In this document: piece by piece, positions 41,101 to 52,462 of the stretch
Numbering within the stretch: position 1 is the stretch's first letter
Layout of the letters: the number at the start of each line of letters is the position of its first letter
Origin: Alphaproteobacteria bacterium
GTDB taxonomy: Bacteria > Pseudomonadota > Alphaproteobacteria > UBA828
Length of the DNA: 64,000 nt
Direction of reading: 5' to 3'
Assembly (NCBI GenBank): GCA_965221125.1
Contig: CBDCRW010000004.1
Location: 960,001-1,024,000 of the forward strand
Program-made: the position numbers and the translations under genes
The notes under the pieces: model-generated
Databases searched by the model: none
Told to the model about the DNA's origin: nothing
The model's input: the letters and a program-made list of their open reading frames with translations, nothing else

Positions 41101-41553
41101 ATGATTTCGATGAAGATCAACGGGGTCAGCCGCCAGTTCCACGGCGATCCCGACATGCCGCTTCTCTGGTATGTCCGGGACGAGCTCGGGCTGACAGGGA
41201 CGAAGTTCGGCTGCGGCGCAGCGCTCTGCGGCGCGTGTACGATTCACCTGGACGGCGAGGCCGTCCGCTCCTGCGTCACCCCGGTCTCGGAGGCCAACGG
41301 CAAGGACGTGACCACCATCGAGGGTCTCGACGCCGACGGCAACCACCCGGTGCAGCGTGCGTGGCGCGCGCACAACGTACCGCAATGCGGCTACTGCCAG
41401 TCCGGCCAGATCATGTCGGCGGCGGCGCTGCTCAACGAGAACCCCGACCCCAGCGATGAAGAGATCGTTGACGGCATGTCCGGCAACATCTGTCGCTGCG
41501 GCACCTACCAGCGGATCTTCTCTGCGGTCCGCACAGCGGCGCAGGAGGTCTGA
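41101..41553 (+). CDS. (2Fe-2S)-binding small subunit, isoquinoline-1-oxidoreductase alpha-like
   Basis: GTKFGCG...[13 protein letters not shown] and [17 protein letters not shown]. Confidence 0.92.
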   Translation: MISMKINGVSRQFHGDPDMPLLWYVRDELGLTGTKFGCGAALCGACTIHLDGEAVRSCVTPVSEANGKDVTTIEGLDADGNHPVQRAWRAHNVPQCGYCQSGQIMSAAALLNENPDPSDEEIVDGMSGNICRCGTYQRIFSAVRTAAQEV

Positions 41554-41555
41554 TC

Positions 41556-43850
<2,295 letters not shown>

Positions 43851-43863
43851 CGCCTCGGACGAC

Positions 43864-43897
43864 GGGACGGCGAGGGATCCGAGATCCCCCGCCGTCC
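43864..43897 (+). terminator. GC-rich hairpin after the oxidoreductase operon
   Basis: GGGACGGCG.GGGATC...GATCCC.CGCCGTCCC stem. There is no clear U-tract. Confidence 0.45.
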
Positions 43898-44129
43898 CCG
43901 AGCCCGTTCACTCAAGCAGGCAGCGGCGTCCGCTGCCTCACTCGGCGCCGGTGGCTAGGCGATCAGATCCTGGTGGTCTTTCTCCCGCCTGCGCGACCCT
44001 GAACCTTGCCGGCGAACAAGCGACAGGCGATGCTTGCGCCGGTGCAGGCGGCCGTAGCGAGTACCGTCGAGACTGGTCTATTCCGCGCCAAGCCGTAGGC
44101 GCCGCCCACTTGCCGATGAGGTCGGGAGC

Positions 44130-44657
44130 ATGCAGCTCACGCGATACAGCGACTATGCGGTGCGGGTACTCATGTACCTGGCTCTCAACGGCCGCCGCCG
44201 CTGCACGACCCGGGAGATCGCCGACGCCTATGGCGTCTCTGAGAGCCACCTCACGAAGGTGATCCATCACCTGGGCGAAAGCGGCTTCATTACCACGATC
44301 AGAGGCGAGGGCGGCGGCCTGGAGATGGCTAGACCGGCAAGCAGGATCAACCTCGGCGACGTTTATCGCGAGTTCGAGCCCAACTTCGAGCTGGCGGAGT
44401 GCTTCGCGGGCAAAGAGAAGTGCGCCTGTCCGATCGCAGGATTCTGCGAGCTAACCCATGCGTTGGAATTGGCCCTGCAGGCGTTCCTCGACGTTCTGGA
44501 CCGGTACACGCTGGAGGACCTCCTGAAATCGGCGCCCGCACTGAAGGGAATATTGATCGACAATGATGAGGACGGGCCCCGGCGCGTCAGCGCTCGAGGA
44601 ACGCCAGCGCGTCGGCCCGTGTCGGGTGGATCTCCACGACCTTGTCGAATCCGCTGA
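44130..44657 (+). CDS. Rrf2-family regulator (NsrR-like, three Cys ligands)
   Basis: MQLTRYSDYAVRVLMYLA, HLTKV, RG.GGG, LAECF...C.I...C.L...L..A..AF..VLD.YTL.DL. Confidence 0.9.
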   Translation: MQLTRYSDYAVRVLMYLALNGRRRCTTREIADAYGVSESHLTKVIHHLGESGFITTIRGEGGGLEMARPASRINLGDVYREFEPNFELAECFAGKEKCACPIAGFCELTHALELALQAFLDVLDRYTLEDLLKSAPALKGILIDNDEDGPRRVSARGTPARRPVSGGSPRPCRIR

Positions 44658-44900
44658 TCTCGAAGACTTGCCGGACGGCGTTCGACGGCGCGCATGGCGA
44701 GAACGCAGCATCCTGCCGGAGGGCGAGTCTTTCCCGATCCGCGCCAGGTGATTCTTGAGGTGCGCCAGACCGACGCACGGATGAAGGCGCCCAGGAAACG
44801 CCTTGCCGGCGAGCGGGTTCGCACAGACCCGGACCGCTGCAGAAACCCCGATCCGCCTCAAGTGCCTCGACCGTCGCATTGGCCGCCGCGATACTCCCCG
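44587..44900 (-). pseudogene. Degraded STAS / anti-sigma-factor-antagonist gene
   Basis: The C-terminal AVRQVFEISGFDKVVEIHPTRADAL is intact; the upstream part is frameshifted. Confidence 0.5.
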
Positions 44901-44999
44901 GGCGCGCGCTGACAGGCGATACTGGGTGCAATCCGCGAGCGAACGCCGCCTGGCCACCTTGTGGTCAAGCTGTTGAGCAATCATCTTTGGCGCGCGCTC

Positions 45000-45225
45000 C
45001 GGGAGGAATGGATGAAGCACGCCTTGAACTGGTGCCCGTGGGTGCGGTCGTTGACCTATTCGCCCGACGCCGTGCCCCACTCCCCGGTCCCCACCATCGC
45101 GGCTCAGCTCACCACCGTGACAAGATCGCGATGGCCCCTGGCCTTCGTCCCGAGAACGCGAAAGCCGTTCTTGGAGGCGTGGTGGGTGACGCGCTCCGCC
45201 AGGCCAGCCAGGGCCTCCCGCTCCT
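45000..45225 (-). pseudogene. N-terminal fragment of a RecD2-like helicase
   Basis: The minus frame reads EALAGLAERVTHH..KNGF.VL..KARGHRDLVTVVS*AA...GEW.TASGE*VNDRTHGHQFKA, with two in-frame stops. Confidence 0.6.
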
Positions 45226-45344
45226 CGAACGGCCGCTGCCGGCCGGCGGTCAAGCCGCGCCGGGCGCGGATTGCGCCGCCCGCTCCCGGTTGCGCGAGGC
45301 GGGCATGCGCGTGTCGTGCGCTGCCGCTCCGGCGTCCCTGCGGT

Positions 45345-46031
45345 TCAGCACGACGCCAAGGTCACCATGACCTCGTTCCTGCGGAGCATCGGGATCGTCC
45401 AGGGCGGGTTGTAGCCCGCCATACGCCAGTCCCCCGCGTGCTCCAGATCGCGCGCTTCGATCCAGCGTTCAAGCCGCTGCCGCTCCGCCTCGCCCGCCTC
45501 GTTGTCCAGCATGCCGCTGAAGCGGATGCTCGCAACACAGCGCGCGCCTAAGTCCCTGACCGCAACGCCGCCGTCCTCCGGCACCGGCGCCGTCGCGGCC
45601 GTGTACCCGTCCGGCAGGACGAAGCCGATCCGCCAGCCGCCGATGTCGGGGCCGGCCAGCGCCTCCGGACTCTCCCCGTCATCGGCGCCGAGGTCCGGCT
45701 CCAGGACGGCCGCGCCGGCCTTCATCTCCGCCGGCGCGGTCAGCACCGGCGCGGTCATCGCGATATCTGAGCCGCCCGCATTGGCCCCCGTGATGTACTC
45801 GAACAGCCGCCGGAAGCCGGCGCCGACCGCCTCGTCGAACGAGCCCGCCGCAGCGGTCCACGCGATCGCATGGCCGTCGTATTCGCGGATCTCAATGTCG
45901 CCGTCGGCAAGCACGATACTGTATGCGGGTTCCTCGGCAGCCTTGCCACCAAACACGGAACAGGCGCTCAGGAAGAACGGCAGTGCAATGGCGACCAGTG
46001 CGCCTGTCAGCTTGGTTCGTATCGAAACCAC
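45345..46031 (-). CDS. SOUL heme-binding lipoprotein
   Basis: Lipobox LSAC, EEPAY, EIREY, FRRLFEYITGAN, IAMTAPV and YNPPWT.P.LRRNEV. The start is approximate. Confidence 0.9.
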   Translation of the reverse strand: MVSIRTKLTGALVAIALPFFLSACSVFGGKAAEEPAYSIVLADGDIEIREYDGHAIAWTAAAGSFDEAVGAGFRRLFEYITGANAGGSDIAMTAPVLTAPAEMKAGAAVLEPDLGADDGESPEALAGPDIGGWRIGFVLPDGYTAATAPVPEDGGVAVRDLGARCVASIRFSGMLDNEAGEAERQRLERWIEARDLEHAGDWRMAGYNPPWTIPMLRRNEVMVTLASC

Positions 46032-46213
46032 CCTCCGCACCGCGCCACCCACGCCTCCGCCCGCGCCGCAGCGATGCGCCTCAGTATACGGCCCCTCCGC
46101 AGAGTCGTCCTGTCCGTGCGTCTTCGGCAACAGGCAGCCGCCGGGCCCCGGATTGCGAACTGCGGGTGCCCGACCGTCGCGGTCCGTCGTCCGCGTCTTC
46201 GACCGCCAGATGC

Positions 46214-46724
46214 TCATGGTTCGGGCCAGCCCCCAACCCGGTGCTTCGCCGCCCCGCCGAAGAATGCGAGGCACGCACGGGCCAGTGGTCTTTGCCGTCC
46301 CTTTGCCTTGAGCGCTGCATGGAAGCACCGGCCGGTCTCGACAAATCCGCCGGCCTGCATGACCAGTGTGCCGGCCTCCACGTGCCATCCGATCAGGTGA
46401 CGCCAGCCGAGCGCGATGCCGCGACCGGCGACGGCGGCTTCCAGCGCATGGGCGTGGCTCTCGACGATCTTGTACTGCGGTCCCGCAGTCGGGCGGCCCG
46501 AGACCTCGAACCAGCGGTCCCAGGATGCCCCGGCCGCGTTGGGGCCCGTGAGAGCCAGAAGGGTCAGGCCGCCCCATTCCGCCACCGGCCCGTTCAGGAC
46601 CTGCGCATGAACTGCGGCGTACGCCGGTGAGCAGAAGGCGGCCAGCGCCTCCCTTGCGATCGCCACGCGGTGTTTGGAGGGGGCAATCTCGCCGTCACAG
46701 GTCAGGATCACGTCGGCGCAGGGC
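46214..46724 (-). pseudogene. LysR-family regulator, 3' part (interrupted by the transposon)
   Basis: Substrate-binding-domain motifs (CSPAY, W..WF, ALEAAVAGRGIALGW). Joined to 51351-51790 it gives an open 316-aa LysR (...SLPSEP-CADVILT...). Confidence 0.88.
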
Positions 46725-47093
46725 TGTTGTTTTCCGGTCTAGCCGGATAGAAGCACGGGTTTTTTTCTCACTTTGATTGGTTGGTGGATTTCCCGGGATG
46801 GTGGCCGAGTGCGGGAAGGACGCTGCCTGCGGCATTTTTTTGATCCTCAGCAGAATCCTCATTGCTGTTGAAGCTGTGGAGCGGTGGGCGCGAGATCGGC
46901 GAGTGTGGTCAGGCGGTGGGCAAGCGCCAGCTTGTCCACGGGCTGTCCACACGGTCCGCAGGACGCCGATCGGTCCGCAGGACGCGTCCACGGCTCCACA
47001 GCTTGGCGGCGGCGGGGAGCGTCCGTAATCTTGGCCTCTCACTGAACGACAAAGAGAGGCCCGGGGGACGGAACTCCCGCCGGGCCAGGGCCG

Positions 47094-47729
47094 GTGCAGC
47101 TTCGCTACGAAACGGGGCTCACCAGCGAGGAATACGTTAAGACCGAGGCGTGGCGCGACGCAAGGCTTGAGCGCTGCCCGAATCACCCGCACGGCGGATG
47201 TTCTGTGGCAAGCCACGGCACCTACGAGCGGAAGACCCCGCCCGGCGCAAGGGTTCCTCGCTGGTATTGCCGTGAGAGCCATACGACCATCGGCCTGCTG
47301 GCCGACTGTCTGGCGGCGCGGCTGCCGGGCACGCTCGATGCGCTGGAAGCGGTTGTTGTCGTGGCGGAGGAGGCCGGCAGCCTGGAGGAGGCAGCGGACG
47401 AGGTGCGCTGCCCCGAGGACGAGGACGCCATCGAGCTTCCCGGCGCCGTGCGTTGGATCCGCCGCAGGCTGAAGCTTGTGCACGACGCGCTTGTGCGCGT
47501 CATCGGCCTGATCCCCGACCTGCTCGCGGGCTGCGCGCCCACCATGAGCGCGGTGCGCGAGCGTCTGAAGAGCGACAGCGCGTTGATGGAACTGCGCGGC
47601 CTGGTCGCCGGGCAGCTCCGGACGCTACCCGCGCCTCTGGGCTTCCAACCCCACGGCATCGACGTGGGGAATCGCAAACCGCAGTTCCAACAACGGGCGG
47701 GGCCGGACCCGCCGCCGGAGAGTTCGTAG
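47094..47729 (+). CDS. Transposon accessory protein with a Cys/His (DUF6431-like) N-terminal domain
   Basis: CPNH...C....HGTYER......R(W)YC....T..LL.DCL pattern; first gene of the element. Confidence 0.6.
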   Translation: MQLRYETGLTSEEYVKTEAWRDARLERCPNHPHGGCSVASHGTYERKTPPGARVPRWYCRESHTTIGLLADCLAARLPGTLDALEAVVVVAEEAGSLEEAADEVRCPEDEDAIELPGAVRWIRRRLKLVHDALVRVIGLIPDLLAGCAPTMSAVRERLKSDSALMELRGLVAGQLRTLPAPLGFQPHGIDVGNRKPQFQQRAGPDPPPESS

Positions 47730-47774
47730 CGTGACGATCCCGGGGCCAGGGAGTCCCTGAACGAGGATCGCACC

Positions 47775-49103
47775 ATGAACAGCTCAGACGACGACCTTCG
47801 CCAACAGATCGCGCTCTTCCGATACGACGTCATCGCCGATCTGGTGCATCTGCCCGTGGGTGCACCGGGTGCCGGCGCGATGATGCGCGCCAAAGCCGAG
47901 AAGACCTACACGATCCCCGGAACCACCAGGACCCGGGTCGCCGCCGAGACCATGCGGCGCTGGATCAAGGACTACCGCTACGGCGGCTTCGACGCGCTCT
48001 ACCCCAAGCCCCGCACCGACCGGGGGAAGCCCCGGCGGCTGCCGCCCGAGGTCGCCGAGCGCCTCATCGCGCTGAAGACCGAGAACGACGCATTGTCGGT
48101 TCGCGCCATCATCCAGAAGGTCAAGGAGGAGGGTATCGACCACCCGCTCGCCTCGTCCACCGTGCACCGCCTCTTCAGCCGCGAGGGCCTGTTCGACAAG
48201 AAGCCGCCCGACGGGGCGGATCGCCGCCGCTTCGCCTTCCGGCATGCCGGCGAGATGTGGATGAGCGACGTCATGCACGGACCCAAGGTCCGGCACGGCC
48301 GAACCCGGCGCAAGACCTACCTGATCGCCTTCATCGACGACGCCACCCGCGTCATCCCGTTCGCCGCCTTCGCCATGGCGGAGAACACTGCGGCGTTCCT
48401 GCCGGTGTTCAAGGACGCGCTGATCCGGCGCGGCCTCCCGGCCCGCTTGTACGTCGACAACGGAAGCGCCTACCGCTCCCGTCATCTCTCCCTGGTCTGC
48501 GCCAGGCTCGGCGTTGCGTTGATTCACGCAAGGGCGTTCCAGCCAGCGGGAAAGGGTAAGATCGAGCGCTTCTTCCGCACCCTCCGGGCCGGCTGGCTCC
48601 GCCACCTCGGCGATGACGTCGACAGCCTGGAGGCGCTCAACCGCAGCCTCTGGGCCTGGATCGAGGGGGAGTATCACAACAGCCCGCATCGTGGCCTCGA
48701 CGAGGGGCGCACCCCGCTTGAGCAGTGGGCGCTGGCCTCGGCCGGCGTGCGCTATCCCGACGCCACCATGGACCTCGACGATCTGTTCCTCTTCGAGGCC
48801 AGGCGCCGTGTCTACAAGGACCGCACCGTTAGTCTGAACGGCCGCGTCTACGAGGTCGACGCCCTCCTGGTGGGTCAGAACGTCATCCTGCGCTACGACC
48901 CGGCCGCGCCGCCCTCGCGCCCTCTCGACGTGGTCCATGACGGCAAGCCGGCCGGCAAGGCCAGCCCTCTCGACGCCTACGCCAATACCGCCGTCAGGCG
49001 CACCTACCCGGCCAGGGAGATCGAGGCCGAAGATCCGGCGCCCGAGCCTCCGCCCTCGCCGCTGGCCATGCGCAACCTCAAGGACAAGAAGGAGGACGAG
49101 TGA
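47775..49103 (+). CDS. DDE transposase/integrase (rve core + Mu-transposase C-terminal domain)
   Basis: HTH, WMSDVMHG, FIDDATR, LYVDNGSAY, GKIERFFRT, YHNSPH and R.V.KD.TVSL.G..YEV. Confidence 0.93.
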   Translation: MNSSDDDLRQQIALFRYDVIADLVHLPVGAPGAGAMMRAKAEKTYTIPGTTRTRVAAETMRRWIKDYRYGGFDALYPKPRTDRGKPRRLPPEVAERLIALKTENDALSVRAIIQKVKEEGIDHPLASSTVHRLFSREGLFDKKPPDGADRRRFAFRHAGEMWMSDVMHGPKVRHGRTRRKTYLIAFIDDATRVIPFAAFAMAENTAAFLPVFKDALIRRGLPARLYVDNGSAYRSRHLSLVCARLGVALIHARAFQPAGKGKIERFFRTLRAGWLRHLGDDVDSLEALNRSLWAWIEGEYHNSPHRGLDEGRTPLEQWALASAGVRYPDATMDLDDLFLFEARRRVYKDRTVSLNGRVYEVDALLVGQNVILRYDPAAPPSRPLDVVHDGKPAGKASPLDAYANTAVRRTYPAREIEAEDPAPEPPPSPLAMRNLKDKKEDE

Positions 49104-49903
49104 TGTACCTGCGCCACTTCGCCTTCACCCGCCTGCCCTTCGAGACCCCGGCAGAGACCGACGAGCTGTTCGAGTCCAACGCGCGCCGCGAGGCCGAGGC
49201 CAGGCTCGGCCACCTCATCGACCTGCGCGGCATCGGCCTGCTCACCGGCGAGGTGGGCTCCGGCAAGACCACCGTGTGCCGGCATCTGACCGCGCAGCTT
49301 CATCCAGGCCTCTACCGGGTCCACTACGTCTCGCTGACCACGGGCAACGTGCTCGACATGTACAAGGCGATCGCGTGGGAGATCGGCCTGCCCATCGAGC
49401 GCTCCCGCGCCTCGGCCTATCAGGCCATCCGAAACGAGATCTCCCGCCTCGTCACCGAGGCCAAGCAGCTGCCGGTCCTCGTCATCGACGAGGCCCATCA
49501 TCTGCGCAACGACGTCCTTGAGGACCTGCGCCTGCTCACCAACTTCGCCATGGATGCAGAGCAGCGCCTGTGCCTCGTCCTCGTCGGTCTGACCGAGCTC
49601 AGGCGCCGCCTGGCCATGGCCATGCACGAATCCCTCAGCCAGCGCCTCGTCGTCCGCCACCACCTGAGCGGTCTCGACCGCGACGAGGTCGACGCTTACA
49701 TCAAGCACCGCCTCAGGCTCGCGGGATGCGAACTGCCGCTGTTCGAAGAGCCCGCCGTCGAGGCCCTGTTCCAGGGCGCGCGCGGCCTGCCGCGCCAGAT
49801 CAACCGCATCGCCCACTACGCGCTCTCCGCCGCCGCTCTCGACGAGGCGAGGACCGTCAGTGCCGACCACCTGCAGCACGCGCTCGAGGAACTGCGGCCA
49901 TGA
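49103..49903 (+). CDS. ExeA/TnsC-like AAA+ ATPase
   Basis: Walker A GEVGSGKTT, Walker B VIDEAH and G.PR.IN. TGATG overlap with the transposase. Confidence 0.9.
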   Translation: MYLRHFAFTRLPFETPAETDELFESNARREAEARLGHLIDLRGIGLLTGEVGSGKTTVCRHLTAQLHPGLYRVHYVSLTTGNVLDMYKAIAWEIGLPIERSRASAYQAIRNEISRLVTEAKQLPVLVIDEAHHLRNDVLEDLRLLTNFAMDAEQRLCLVLVGLTELRRRLAMAMHESLSQRLVVRHHLSGLDRDEVDAYIKHRLRLAGCELPLFEEPAVEALFQGARGLPRQINRIAHYALSAAALDEARTVSADHLQHALEELRP

Positions 49904-50940
49904 CCGGCTTCCCGACCCGCGCCCCGATCGAGCTGGAGGAGCGGCCGCGCGAGCAGCAATGGCTGGTGGACACGCTATGGGGCGAGCAGGCCGTCGGCAT
50001 CGTCGGCGGCGAGCCGAAGTGCGGCAAGTCCATCCTGGCGCTGGACCTCGCGGTCGCAGTCGCCGCCGGCGTCCCATGCCTGCGGCACTTCGCCCCGGCC
50101 CGGCCTGGCCCGGTCCTGCTGTTCGCCGCAGAAGACGCCGGCCACCTCGTGCGCAAGCGCCTGCAGGGGATCGCCCGCGCCGCAGGCGCCCGCTTCGAGA
50201 CCCTCGACATCGCCGTCATCGACGTGCCCACACTGCGCCTCGACCATCTCGACGACCGCCGCCGCCTGCAGCAGACCGTGGAGCGCATCGCACCGCGCCT
50301 CGTGGTCCTCGACCCCCTGGTCCGCCTGCACGGCGTGGACGAGAACACGGTTGCGGACGTCGCCCCGATCCTCGGCTTCCTGCGCGACCTGCAACGCCGC
50401 TTCGAGACCGCCGTCCTCCTCGTCCACCACGCCCGCAAGAGCGGGGCCACGAGGCCGGGGCAGGCCCTGCGGGGCAGCAGTGAGCTGCACGCCTGGGGGG
50501 ACTCGAACCTCTACCTGCGCCGCCGGGACCGGCAGACCCTCATGACCGTCGAGCATCGCGCCGCACGCGGTCTCGACGACATCGAGATCGAGCTCAAGGA
50601 AGACGGAGAGGAGCCCTCCTTCCGGCTGCGCCAGCCGCCCACGGCCGGCGGCGGGGCGCCTCAGCCCGAAACACCCGAATGCCGCGTTCTCAAGGCGCTC
50701 GCCGACGCCGGGGCGCCGCTCTCGCAACGCCAGATCCGGGAACGCGCCGCGACCCGGCACAAGACCGTCGGCGTAATCTTGCAAAAGCTCGTCCAGGAGG
50801 GTCGCGTCGCGCGCAACGCCGAGGGCGGCTACAGCGTCGTCGCAGGCGCAGCGGACAAGCGGGCGGCGGCCGCCGCCGCCAACGGCAGCAGTCGGCCGCA
50901 GGCCCCGCGGTTCCCGGAGCCCGGTTCCGCCAACGCCTAG
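49900..50940 (+). CDS. AAA_25 / RepA-like (RecA-fold SF4) helicase with a C-terminal winged helix
   Basis: WLVD.LW, GEPKCGKS..ALDLAVAVA.G, VLLFAAED, LVVLDPL, VHHARK and LRGSS. C-terminal PLSQRQIRE...KTV..ILQKLV.EGRV. ATGA overlap with the ATPase. Confidence 0.85.
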   Translation: MTGFPTRAPIELEERPREQQWLVDTLWGEQAVGIVGGEPKCGKSILALDLAVAVAAGVPCLRHFAPARPGPVLLFAAEDAGHLVRKRLQGIARAAGARFETLDIAVIDVPTLRLDHLDDRRRLQQTVERIAPRLVVLDPLVRLHGVDENTVADVAPILGFLRDLQRRFETAVLLVHHARKSGATRPGQALRGSSELHAWGDSNLYLRRRDRQTLMTVEHRAARGLDDIEIELKEDGEEPSFRLRQPPTAGGGAPQPETPECRVLKALADAGAPLSQRQIRERAATRHKTVGVILQKLVQEGRVARNAEGGYSVVAGAADKRAAAAAANGSSRPQAPRFPEPGSANA

Positions 50941-51345
50941 GGGTTCGAGCCGGAACCGCCGTCGGGAACCACCCTTCCCCAACGGTCCGGAAGGCGCTGC
51001 GCCTCCACCGGGATACTACGTCAGGTGAGCGGCCAGTCCGTGGCCGGAAGCTTGCTTCAGGCCATGGCAGCACTTCGTCGTGTGGACGGTGGCGAGTCAC
51101 CCGAAGGGCCGAAGCGAAGCGCAGGAGCGGCGCAGCCGCTTGACGCGCCGACGGCCGCGCGACACCTCGTCAGCTCTCCTCAAGCACCAGTCCAAACCTC
51201 AATCAGACAGCGACCCCGGACCGCCCGCAGAGACCATGAGCTCCTACGCTTCGATCCGGAAAAGACCGAGCAATCTGGGAAATCAGGGCAGCGATCACGT
51301 CAAATAATCTGGGAGATTCGGCGTCAAATAACGTGCGAAACAACA

Positions 51346-51790
51346 CGGGCTCGGACGGAAGGGAGGCCGGGGCCTCTGCGTGGGCGAGAATACGGACCCG
51401 GACCCGCTCCCCGAGCGCGGCCTTCAGTGCATCGTACCGCTGCATCACGAAGAGATGCGAAACCTCCTCCGGGCAGGCGATCGTCACCTCCGGCGGGCCG
51501 CTGCCCGAGAGAGCACCTACTTCCTCGGTCCCGTCGTGTAGGGCCGCGAGGCCGACAACGACGGCCGCGTGAAAGCGCCGCCCCGCCTCGGTCAGGGTCA
51601 CGCCCGTGCGGGAGCGCTCGAAAAGCCGCACCGAGAGGTCCGTTTCGAGCCTCGCGATGTATCGGCTCATCGCCGATTGCGAGGTCCCCAGCTCCAACCC
51701 TGCCTGCGAGAAGTTGCCGAGCCGCGCGGCGCTCTCGAACGCAAGCAGGATGCTGGTGGATGGAATGCGGTAACGCCCGCGATCCTTCAT
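51346..51790 (-). pseudogene. LysR-family regulator, 5' part
   Basis: LLAFESAARLGNFSQAG.ELGTSQSAMSRYIARLE..L..RLFER...GV.LTEAG. Confidence 0.9.
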
Positions 51791-51819
51791 GGATACTGCG
51801 TTAGGCGTGTCCTGGCCGG

Positions 51820-52110
51820 CGATCAAGAGCAATTCGGTGGTACCCTTGGCGCAGACAAGTTGATGCACTCCCTCGACAAGGCGCTGGCCCATGCCAGCAG
51901 CGGAGGCTCGGCTGTCGTTCGTGGGCACGTGAGCCCTCGGGAGGCCCGCAAGCGGGCGAAACTCACGCCGGCGCAGATGGAACCGCCGATGGACATGAAC
52001 CCGGACCGCTGCTGGAAGCGGGTGCAAGGAATGTGGTGGGTCAGTGACCCGGCGGCGATACTGCTGCGGGCGATCCCGATGGAGGCGGAATTTGGCGAGC
52101 CTTACCGTCT
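51820..52110 (+). pseudogene. Degenerate XRE/HigA-like HTH gene
   Basis: L..SL..ALAHA.....PRE.RKRAKLT.AQM...M......K..QG...VS.PAA.LLR resembles a decayed XRE antitoxin. Confidence 0.4.
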
Positions 52111-52131
52111 CCGTGAGCGGTGGTTTGGCCG

Positions 52132-52407
52132 ATGAGATCCCTTCCTGTCGCTGTCCGGCCTTACCGGCGTACCCCGGAGTTCACAGAGGAGACGGTGCCG
52201 TCGGCCCTCACGAGATCGCATCGCACGAGAGCAGGAACCTGGGGCCGGATCGTGGTTCTCGAGGGAAGGCTTCTCTATCGTATCCTCCAGCCGTCGGCGG
52301 AGGCGCTGATCCTGGACACCGACCATCCCGGCATCGTCGAGCCGGAGGTCGAGCACGAGGTCGAGCCGATCGGGAAGGTGCGGTTCTACGTCGAGTTCTA
52401 CCGCTGA
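52132..52407 (+). CDS. DUF1971 (YeaR / TehB N-terminal-like) protein
   Basis: YRRTPEFTEETVP.AL...H.T.AGTWGRIVVLEG.L.Y ... P...H.VEP.G.VRFYVEFY. Confidence 0.85.
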   Translation: MRSLPVAVRPYRRTPEFTEETVPSALTRSHRTRAGTWGRIVVLEGRLLYRILQPSAEALILDTDHPGIVEPEVEHEVEPIGKVRFYVEFYR

Positions 52408-52462
52408 CCGGCGCGGCGAGGGAGGCGTTGAACGTCATGACAAACGAATGGGAGATCCTACG

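Larger units (their letters stand above)
46725..51345 (+). mobile_element. 4.6-kb TnsB/TnsC-like (Mu/Tn7-superfamily) transposon with four genes
   Basis: Ends TGTTGTTT...AAACAACA, a 5-bp TSD with one mismatch (AGGGC 46720-46724 / CGGGC 51346-51350), and repeated subterminal motifs (CGTCAAATAA twice, AATCTGGGA twice) at the right end. It splits a LysR gene. Confidence 0.9.

Noticed and set aside
50941-50960. GGTTCGAGCC as a tRNA T-arm or att site
   Set aside because: No cloverleaf or CCA context; it lies within the inverted-repeat cluster after the helicase.
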